Assembly (NCBI RefSeq): GCF_004102945.1
Contig: NZ_CP019384.1
Coordinates: 450,001-482,000, forward strand
Direction: 5' to 3'
DNA length: 32,000 nucleotides
Source of the DNA: Candidatus Velamenicoccus archaeovorus
GTDB lineage: Bacteria; Omnitrophota; Gorgyraeia; Velamenicoccales; Velamenicoccaceae
This document shows, piece after piece, positions 26,363 to 32,000 of the stretch. A model generated the notes under the pieces. It worked only from the letters and a program-made list of their open reading frames with translations, was not told the origin of the DNA and searched no databases. Position 1 is the first letter of the stretch, and each line of letters begins with the position of its first letter. The position numbers and the translations under genes are program-made.

Positions 26363-26433
26363 TTCGGCCTTGTCTGGTGTCGACCTGTCCCGCCTCGGCC
26401 TCTAGGGGGTAAGGCCGAAGCCGCCTCTGAGGC
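26363..26433. repeat. GC-rich REP-like palindromic element
   Basis: ttcggcctt (26363-26371) pairs with aaggccgaa (26411-26419). The internal cctgtcccgcctcgg block is shared with 30098-30113. Confidence 0.5.
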
Positions 26434-26478
26434 ATAAGACCTGTCAAAACAGGGGATTGCGAATATTGGAAATATATA

Positions 26479-26506
26479 TTGACACGACGGGGAATCCTGC
26501 TAAAAT
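26479..26506 (+). promoter_or_regulatory. Distal csp promoter TTGACA-16-TAAAAT with AT-rich UP-like tract
   Basis: ttgaca at 26479-26484 and taaaat at 26501-26506, preceded by ggaaatatata. Confidence 0.55.
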
Positions 26507-26541
26507 AAAGCCCGTAGTGAACAAAGATTAGAAATCTCAGG

Positions 26542-26580
26542 ACCGCAGGGGGTGGGATAACTAACCTTGCGGTTTTTTTT
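26542..26580 (+). terminator. Intrinsic terminator inside the csp leader (attenuator or end of a short sRNA)
   Basis: Stem accgcaggg / ccttgcggt (one G-U pair) followed by T8. Confidence 0.6.
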
Positions 26581-26656
26581 GTAGTGTCATTGTTAGGCCC
26601 GTTAGGAGCAGAAGTATCTAGCAGCTAACAAGCGATGCGGATCTCTAATGGGTTGT

Positions 26657-26665
26657 TGCTATAAT
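26657..26665 (+). promoter_or_regulatory. Proximal csp promoter, extended -10 (TGcTATAAT)
   Basis: tgctataat at 26657-26665, 26 nt upstream of the ATG. AAGGAGG at 26677-26683. Confidence 0.45.
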
Positions 26666-26691
26666 CAAACAAGAAAAGGAGGTAGCAAACA

Positions 26692-26892
26692 ATGGCAAAA
26701 GGAGTTGTGAAGTGGTTCAGTAACCAGAAGGGTTACGGATTCATCACCCCTGAAAACGGCAAGGATGTCTTCGTGCATCACACCGCGATCAAGGGCGAAG
26801 GTTACAAGTCTTTGGATGAAGGTCAGCAGGTCGAGTTCGACATCGAACAGGGCCCCAAGGGCGAGCAGGCGGTTAACGTCGTCAAGCTATAA
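26692..26892 (+). CDS. Cold-shock protein, CspA family
   Basis: 66 aa with RNP1 KGYGFI and RNP2 VFVHH motifs. Confidence 0.95.
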   Translation: MAKGVVKWFSNQKGYGFITPENGKDVFVHHTAIKGEGYKSLDEGQQVEFDIEQGPKGEQAVNVVKL

Positions 26893-26907
26893 CCTCAGAT
26901 AATCCAG

Positions 26908-26946
26908 CAGGGTCCGGCATCTTTTGATTGCCGGGCCCTGTTTTTT
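26908..26946 (+). terminator. Intrinsic terminator after the first csp gene
   Basis: Stem cagggtccggc / gccgggccctg (one G-U pair) followed by T6. Confidence 0.75.
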
Positions 26947-27006
26947 GTCTACAGCGTTTCCCCGCAAAAGAGTTTTGCTGGCGGCGGGGTACAAGGAGGC
27001 CACAAG

Positions 27007-27216
27007 ATGCATACCGGAAAGGTAAAGAAATTGGTCCGAGATAGAGGTTTTGGTTTTATCAGCGATACCGACGGCAGTGAGGTCTTTTTTCATCAGAGCA
27101 GTCTTGTCGACGCCAACTTTGACGGCTTGAGCGAGGGGGCGGCGGTAGAATTCGACGTGGAAAAAACGCCCAAAGGACCGCGGGCGATCAATGTGCGTAC
27201 AGGGCAAAAGGCATAA
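27007..27216 (+). CDS. Cold-shock-domain protein (divergent second copy)
   Basis: 69 aa with RGFGFI and VFFHQ motifs. AAGGAGG lies 8 nt upstream. Confidence 0.85.
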   Translation: MHTGKVKKLVRDRGFGFISDTDGSEVFFHQSSLVDANFDGLSEGAAVEFDVEKTPKGPRAINVRTGQKA

Positions 27217-27219
27217 GAC

Positions 27220-27357
27220 ATGAAAAAGATCAAGGTCGCACGCAGGGGCCGCAAGTGCAAGCATCCGAGCTGCAGGATCACGCTTAGTGTTTATAATCAC
27301 GGTTGTTTTTGCTGCATGCACCAGAATAAAGCGAACATCGAGGCGGACACAAAGTAG
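27220..27357 (+). CDS. Cys-rich micro-protein (45 aa), putative zinc-binding
   Basis: MKKIKVARRGRKCKHPSCRITLSVYNHGCFCCMHQNKANIEADTK*. It starts 3 nt after the csp2 stop and falls below the ORF-track cutoff. Basic N-terminus with a C-x4-C ... C-x-CC-x-H pattern. Confidence 0.35.
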   Translation: MKKIKVARRGRKCKHPSCRITLSVYNHGCFCCMHQNKANIEADTK

Positions 27358-27394
27358 CGCTGCGTCGAATAAAGGCGGTCTGTCTCTTGCGATA

Positions 27395-27578
27395 TTGACA
27401 AATACGGTATCAGGGGGTATGTTGAAAATAGATAGGTGTGGGAGTGGTGCAGTTTGAAGGGGTAAATCCGCCACTTTAAAAACACACGGCGCTTATATGG
27501 TATTGCGCCGGTGTTCGGCTTTCTGCCGAAATAAAAACCTTCATCGGGTCTATGTGCCCGGTGAAGGTTTTTTGTTTT
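27395..27578 (+). ncRNA. Candidate sRNA or structured leader: TTGACA-17-TATGTT promoter, about 150 nt multi-hairpin RNA, intrinsic terminator
   Basis: -35 at 27395-27400 and -10 at 27418-27423. Hairpins gtgtg..cacac, ggcgc..gcgcc and ttcggc..gccgaa. Terminator ccttcatcggg / cccggtgaagg plus ttttttgtttt (27538-27578). Confidence 0.4.
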
Positions 27579-27703
27579 AATCCCACGGCCAGAAATTCCC
27601 GGCTCTGGCCCTGCCCCCAGAGTATCGGAAAAATATTGAAGAGATTTTTCCGATATCTTACGATGCGGGGTTATCTCGAAGGCATGCACGTGCGGGGTAT
27701 CGG

Positions 27704-28843
27704 ATGACGCTCCTCATCAGAAAAACGCTGGATACGACGGAAAGACTCGAGATCCTTTCACAGGATTCCAGGTATGATTTGGCCTGTGCCTGCGCAACGC
27801 GCGACGATGAACACCGCCGCAGGTCCGGGGACGATAAATGGATCTATCCTGTTGTCCTTCCCAACGGCGGCTCGACCTATCTGTTTAAGACGCTTCTTTC
27901 CAATGTCTGCATCAACAACTGCAAATATTGCCCTTTGAGAGCCGGCGCAGATGCCCGGCGCTGCAGCCTTTCGCCCGAGGAATTGGCGCGGATGTTTTTG
28001 GAATATTACAGGGTCCGCCGGGTCTCTGGGCTTTTTTTGAGCAGCGCTGTGAGCGACGATCCGGATGCGACCATGGAACGCATCAACCGTACGGCCTTGA
28101 TCTTGCGCCGGCTGCATTTCCGCGGCTACATTCATTTAAAGGTCATCCCCGGCGCCTCTGACGCGGCGATCCGTCAGAGTGTCGCCTTGGCGAGCGCCGT
28201 CTCCTTGAATATCGAGGCCCCTGGCGAGGAATATTTTAAACAGCTCAGCACAACCAAGAATTATGTCCGCGACATCATCCGGCCCTTGGGGCTTATCAGC
28301 CGTCTGACAGCCAAGGGTTCTGTTTTCAATAGGGTCAAACAGACGACGCAGTTTGTCGTTGGTGCCTCTCTTGAGACGGATAGAGACATTATCCAGAGTT
28401 TATGGAAATTGTACAGGGAGGCGGGTCTCGACCGCATTTACTTCAGCGCCTACCAGCGCGGCGCCGGCGCGGCCGACTTGCCTGGAGAACGTTCGCGGGC
28501 GACCAATGGCGATCTGTTGATGCGCGAACATCGCCTTTATCAGGCCGATTGGCTTATTCGGAAATATGGGTTTCGGGCCGACGAGATCCCCCTGGAAGCC
28601 GGCGGCAACCTGTCCTTGACATTCGATCCCAAAGAGATGTGGGCCAGGATGCATCCGGAATTCTTTCCCGTCAACGTCAACAGAGACGACAGAGACCGCC
28701 TTTTGCGCGTGCCCGGCCTCGGCCAAGTGATAATCGAGCGTATCCTCGCCGCCAGAAACAGCGGTTTCCACATCCGTTCTCTTGCAGACCTTGGCAAAGA
28801 AACCAAGGTCCTCGCCAAAGCCAAAGACTACGTGATATTTTAA
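27704..28843 (+). CDS. Radical SAM protein with C-terminal helix-hairpin-helix, putative DNA modification/repair family
   Basis: CINNCKYC (CxxxCxxC) cluster motif. C-terminal LLRVPGLGQVIIERILAAR HhH. The 379 aa architecture matches the family described as a putative DNA modification/repair radical SAM protein. Confidence 0.8.
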   Translation: MTLLIRKTLDTTERLEILSQDSRYDLACACATRDDEHRRRSGDDKWIYPVVLPNGGSTYLFKTLLSNVCINNCKYCPLRAGADARRCSLSPEELARMFLEYYRVRRVSGLFLSSAVSDDPDATMERINRTALILRRLHFRGYIHLKVIPGASDAAIRQSVALASAVSLNIEAPGEEYFKQLSTTKNYVRDIIRPLGLISRLTAKGSVFNRVKQTTQFVVGASLETDRDIIQSLWKLYREAGLDRIYFSAYQRGAGAADLPGERSRATNGDLLMREHRLYQADWLIRKYGFRADEIPLEAGGNLSLTFDPKEMWARMHPEFFPVNVNRDDRDRLLRVPGLGQVIIERILAARNSGFHIRSLADLGKETKVLAKAKDYVIF

Positions 28844-28846
28844 TGA

Positions 28847-28967
28847 GGCCATAACTTACGCCTGCCTTTGGCCCTGGCCTTGCCCTCGGCCTGCCCTTCG
28901 GGCAAGGCCAGGGCCAAAGGCAGGCAGGGAACCGTCGCGTTGCTCATGGTGCGTAAGTTATATGGCC
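28847..28967. repeat. Large GC-rich nested palindrome (REP-like, CTGGCCTTGCCC family)
   Basis: Perfect 24-bp stem 28861-28884 / 28901-28924. Outer stem ggccataacttacgc / gcgtaagttat(at)ggcc. Confidence 0.75.
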
Positions 28968-28972
28968 GAATT

Positions 28973-29047
28973 ATTTCGCCGCATTCTGCGGCGAAATCAG
29001 ACCCTTCCTTTATATGGAATGAGGAAGGTCTACCCCTTGTGGGTTAA
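28973..29047 (-). repeat. H1 + H2 hairpin modules in inverted orientation
   Basis: The minus strand reads ttaacccacaaggggtagaccttcc..ggaagggtctgatttcgccgcagaatgcggcgaaat. This matches ttaacccagaaagggtaggcc...gggtctaattccgccggaggcggaa at 8246-8311. Confidence 0.7.
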
Positions 29048-29082
29048 CCGGGAAAAACCGCGGTTTCCCCCGGGTAGATTCT

Positions 29083-29110
29083 TTGCTTTCTACGTTCCTC
29101 AGGGTATAAT
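29083..29110 (+). promoter_or_regulatory. Promoter TTGCTT-16-TATAAT driving a probable leaderless mRNA
   Basis: ttgctt at 29083-29088 and tataat at 29105-29110. The ATG at 29117 is only 6 nt after the -10, and no SD is present. Confidence 0.5.
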
Positions 29111-29116
29111 AAAGGC

Positions 29117-29665
29117 ATGAAGATTTTTATTATTCCCATCGAGATGGTCCGTGGCGGTATCTTTGACGATCTCAGGCGGGGCCTGACGCAGGTTTTCTCT
29201 GCGGATGTCGAGATAACGGCCAGGAGACCGATCACGGAGGAGGCCTATGATTTTCAAAGGCGCCAGTATTATGCCAATGCCATCTTAGACGACCTCGCCG
29301 ACGAATTTATCATCGATAAGAAAAAGGAAAGGGTGCTGGGTATTCTAGATGCCGATATGCATACAGACCCTATGAATTTCATTTTTGGACTCGCCAACCA
29401 CAAGACCGCCTGCAGTCTGGTTTCGCTGGCGCGTCTGAGACCTGAGTTTTACGGCCGCAAAGAGGACAAGAGATTGTTTCATTCCAGGATCGTCAAAGAA
29501 GCGATACACGAACTCGGCCACACCTTCCGGCTTGGGCATTGCACCGATTGGCGCTGCGCCATGCATTTTTCCGATTCCGTCGAGGATACCGACGCCAAGA
29601 AAGCGGGTCTATGTCTCGCCTGCCGCAGGAAACTTTCGTCCCGCTTGCTCAAGGAGGTTCGTTAA
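29117..29665 (+). CDS. Archaemetzincin-type zinc metallopeptidase (M54 family)
   Basis: HELGHTFRLGHCTDWRCAMHF...CLAC matches the HExxHxxGxxHC..C.M...CxxC archaemetzincin signature. 182 aa. Confidence 0.85.
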   Translation: MKIFIIPIEMVRGGIFDDLRRGLTQVFSADVEITARRPITEEAYDFQRRQYYANAILDDLADEFIIDKKKERVLGILDADMHTDPMNFIFGLANHKTACSLVSLARLRPEFYGRKEDKRLFHSRIVKEAIHELGHTFRLGHCTDWRCAMHFSDSVEDTDAKKAGLCLACRRKLSSRLLKEVR

Positions 29666-29979
29666 TGGCGAAGATCAGGCTGGATCTGCACGATATTTTC
29701 AACAAAGGGCAGGCGATCGATGCCGAGCTTTGCCGTGTCATGAACGAGGCCGTAAGCAAGCGGATCCCGTTGGTTGAGATCATCACCGGCAAAGGGAGCG
29801 GAGAGCTCAAAAAACGTGTTTTGCGTTTTCTGGATCAGCCGGCAATAAAACAGCTCTACCACCGGGTCGAGAAAGACGATAAAAATTTCGGTCGTGTTTT
29901 CGTGCATTTCAAGCCCATGTCCGATCGCAAGAAAATAGGGCTATATGGATATTCTTCTGAGAACAAAAGAAGCTTTTGA
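29665..29979 (+). CDS. Smr-domain protein (small MutS-related nuclease domain)
   Basis: IRLDLHD...LVEIITGKGSGELKKRVLRFL matches the Smr LDLHG / hIHGKG pattern. AAGGAGG lies 7 nt upstream. The ATG overlaps the upstream TAA (TAATG). Confidence 0.75.
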   Translation: MAKIRLDLHDIFNKGQAIDAELCRVMNEAVSKRIPLVEIITGKGSGELKKRVLRFLDQPAIKQLYHRVEKDDKNFGRVFVHFKPMSDRKKIGLYGYSSENKRSF

Positions 29980-30014
29980 AAGGGTGGATTTGTTGTTATG
30001 GGAGGAATAATCGT

Positions 30015-30238
30015 TTGACATCGTTGTCAAAGGGCGATATAAAAAGCGTAAGTAAATGCGAAGCTCCGCTGGAACATCTGTTCGCTTGTCTCGGCCTGTC
30101 CCGCCTTCGGCAGGGCAAGGCCAGACAAGCAGGCAGACGGTTCGGCGGCTTCCTTGGGTTGTAACGGTACTTGAGGGCATGGATGCCGTATCCCGCAAGA
30201 AGAAGCCAAGAGCGTTGTAAGCGCGTTCTTGGTTTTTT
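30015..30238 (+). ncRNA. Candidate sRNA or leader: TTGACA-17-TATAAA promoter, about 190 nt RNA containing a REP-like element, intrinsic terminator
   Basis: -35 at 30015-30020 (inside the palindrome tttgacatcgttgtcaaa) and -10 at 30038-30043. Terminator ccaagagcg / cgttcttgg plus T6 (30206-30238). Confidence 0.4.
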
Positions 30239-30273
30239 CATGGGTGGCTTGTCGTCAACATGGAGGAGAGTCC

Positions 30274-30978
30274 ATGGATAAGATGGGAGAGGCGCAGTTG
30301 AGGAGCGCTCTTCGACAGAAGACGAAACAGGAACTCTTGGATATTTGGGTCGGGAACAAGCGGCATGAGTGGCCGGACGGCGCTTTCGATGTTATCAAGG
30401 AAGAGTTGGCCGCCAAAGGGATCAAACCGCCGGCGCAGAAGAATCTTGAAGAGTCGATGCTCAAAGGCCGCGATTATCGCAAGGATGTGGGGCAGCCGTT
30501 TTTTGCGGTCTCCCAGAAAAAACTGGCCCTCATGGCCTTCTTTACGTGGGGTTTTTACGAGATCTATTGGTTTTACAGGAACTGGAAATTTTTGAAAGAA
30601 AAACACGATTTCAAGGTGAGCCCTCTGGCCAGAGGTATCTTCGGGCCGTTGTTTTGTTACAGCCTTTTTAAAATTGTCAGGGATTATAGCGATCAACACC
30701 AGGCTGGGGCCGATATGAAAGCCGGCGCCCTGGCGGCGTGCTACATTCTTATGATCGTTACATATAAGCTGCCGAGTCCGTTTGATCTGATTTCGTCGTT
30801 TTCTTTCATTCCGCTTTTGACCGTCCAGAGGGTCATCAATAATCTTGGTCAGCGGTTGTCGCCGCAGGCCCAGGTGGACGGTCGGTTCAACGGCTGGAAT
30901 ATTTTCGGTATTGTCATCGGTTCGTTTTTGTGGGTTCTTGTTATTTTAGGTATCATATTCCCGGAAACCGGGAAATAA
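30274..30978 (+). CDS. Membrane protein, DUF4234-like C-terminal TM region with soluble N-terminal domain
   Basis: GGAGGAG lies 5 nt before the ATG at 30274. FFTWGFYEIYWFYRNW block and about 4 TM segments. Confidence 0.55.
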   Translation: MDKMGEAQLRSALRQKTKQELLDIWVGNKRHEWPDGAFDVIKEELAAKGIKPPAQKNLEESMLKGRDYRKDVGQPFFAVSQKKLALMAFFTWGFYEIYWFYRNWKFLKEKHDFKVSPLARGIFGPLFCYSLFKIVRDYSDQHQAGADMKAGALAACYILMIVTYKLPSPFDLISSFSFIPLLTVQRVINNLGQRLSPQAQVDGRFNGWNIFGIVIGSFLWVLVILGIIFPETGK

Positions 30979-30997
30979 GTCATTCGTCAGGAGGGAC

Positions 30998-31399
30998 ATG
31001 GAGGAAAGAAGGGGTTATGTCAGGGTGGGCTTAGACGTCATGGTCAGGTGGAGGACGCAGGCGGAGTCTTCGGCCGGCCGGCCGCAGAAAAAAGCCCAGT
31101 CGAGAAATATCTCCGTCGTCGGGATTTGCCTGATTTTGCGGGAACCCGTGGGTATCGATGAAACATTAGAACTTGAATTTACGCTGCCCGGCGGCAGCCT
31201 CATTCAGGGCCGGGGCAGGGTGATATGGTTGGGTAAAATTGATGCCGGCAAAGATAAGCATGCCGCGGGGACCGGAGCTTTTAACGCGGCCGGCATCAAG
31301 TTTTTGGACATCAGCGAAGCAGACAAGAAGGAAATCGCCGATTTCATCATTCATCGCCTGAGCCGGGGTCAGCAGCCCTTGCATGAAAATGAGGAATAA
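30998..31399 (+). CDS. PilZ-domain protein (c-di-GMP receptor type)
   Basis: RRGYVR (RRxxxR) and NISVVG (D/NxSxxG) motifs at the canonical spacing. 133 aa. Confidence 0.8.
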   Translation: MEERRGYVRVGLDVMVRWRTQAESSAGRPQKKAQSRNISVVGICLILREPVGIDETLELEFTLPGGSLIQGRGRVIWLGKIDAGKDKHAAGTGAFNAAGIKFLDISEADKKEIADFIIHRLSRGQQPLHENEE

Positions 31400-31985
31400 G
31401 ACGGCTCTTTTTTTCAGGTACCGGCACGGTCTCTTATTGTTTGCGGCAGGATGCTTGGTTTTTGTCTTTGCCTTGACAGATGCCGCGCAGGCTCAATCAG
31501 CGGCGGAATATTCGGCCTTGACAGAAGCTGTGGCTGCGGCCGCAGCAGCCAAAAAAGAAAAACCAGAGGGCACCGGCGCTGAAAAAAGGGCTGGGCGGGA
31601 GAGCCCTACGGCTGCAGATGCGGCGGGTGAGGCCGTTACAAAGGCCTATGGGGAGGACGGCGAGGCGTTTTCAGCCAAAGGCGACACCCTTCTGAAGCAA
31701 CTCGGCGGCACACCGCAGGCCGATGCATCCGCGGAGAGCAGCCCCAGGACGGCAGAACCCAGGATGATCGAGTTTGAAGATCGGGACGGACCCGCGGCGG
31801 GGGGAGGCGGAAAGAACGGCGAGGCCGAAATTCCTGCCGGCCAGGGGATCAGGGTTTATCTTAAAGACGGTCATGTCGTTGAGGGAAAATTGTTGGAAGA
31901 GGCGGACGGCCGCTGCCAGGTTCAGACCGGCGGCGTGTCCCTGACGTATTTCAAAGACGAGATCCAAAAAACAGAGAAATTCTAG
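31383..31985 (+). CDS. Secreted Ala/Glu-rich protein of unknown function
   Basis: Signal peptide, a low-complexity AAEA-rich middle and a small beta-rich C-terminal domain. Overlaps the PilZ gene end by 17 nt. Confidence 0.5.
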   Translation: MKMRNKTALFFRYRHGLLLFAAGCLVFVFALTDAAQAQSAAEYSALTEAVAAAAAAKKEKPEGTGAEKRAGRESPTAADAAGEAVTKAYGEDGEAFSAKGDTLLKQLGGTPQADASAESSPRTAEPRMIEFEDRDGPAAGGGGKNGEAEIPAGQGIRVYLKDGHVVEGKLLEEADGRCQVQTGGVSLTYFKDEIQKTEKF

Positions 31986-32000
31986 AGGGGGACCATGGAG

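Noticed and set aside
20505-26447. Minus-strand ORFs 20505..21185, 20959..21735, 24370..25110, 24488..25033 and 25794..26447
   Set aside because: All are antisense to well-supported plus-strand genes (hlyD-like, MFS, copA, Cache membrane protein), with biased Arg/Pro/Asp-rich composition and no recognisable domains.
27430-27578. 6S RNA, SRP RNA or tmRNA identity for the candidate sRNA
   Set aside because: The ends are not complementary, as 6S would require. There is no SRP domain IV motif and no tRNA-like end. It is left as an unclassified candidate.
29539-29664. 42-codon extension of the Smr ORF (start 29539)
   Set aside because: It lies inside the archaemetzincin gene in another frame. 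AAGGAGG at 29651-29657 supports the ATG at 29665.

Overview
Bacterial chromosomal window, moderately GC-rich by eye and Gram-negative in type (TolC-family gene, lipoboxes, outer-membrane beta-signal remnant). All recognisable genes except one lie on the + strand.

Gene content, left to right:
- A sharply AT-rich segment with a partial Dam/D12-class adenine methyltransferase at the left edge.
- A secreted Ntn (choloylglycine-family) hydrolase, a solo ABC ATPase (- strand) and an NlpC/P60 hydrolase.
- carB, a stand-alone GMP-synthase ATP-pyrophosphatase subunit, an NfnAB/SudAB-like flavoprotein pair and gdhA.
- A Fic protein, a periplasmic Cache protein, a GQxAxG-repeat membrane protein coupled to a Cys-less thioredoxin-fold protein, and a SagB-type nitroreductase.
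- A translationally coupled tetR-tolC-hlyD-MFS efflux operon.
- A small membrane protein plus a CopA P-type ATPase, then a mini-lipoprotein and an output-less Cache membrane protein.
- Two cold-shock genes plus a Cys-rich micro-ORF.
- An HhH radical-SAM DNA modification/repair-family protein.
- An overlapping archaemetzincin-Smr pair, a DUF4234-like membrane protein, a PilZ protein and a secreted Ala-rich protein.

I saw no tRNA, rRNA, CRISPR array or transposase.

The most unusual content is intergenic:
1. A modular family of structured repeats (H1/H2 hairpins plus about 125-160 nt U modules) arrayed in tandem at four loci. The stems show compensatory base changes, and three arrays end exactly in the RBS of the downstream gene.
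2. A duplicated promoter / Arg-rich mini-ORF / terminator cassette. One copy is flanked by gene remnants.
3. A conserved promoter-like 55-mer.
4. A GC-rich REP-like palindrome family.
5. Several promoter / structured leader / terminator units.
6. Three leaderless-mRNA candidates.

All calls come from reading the sequence and ORF translations by eye. No database search was run.
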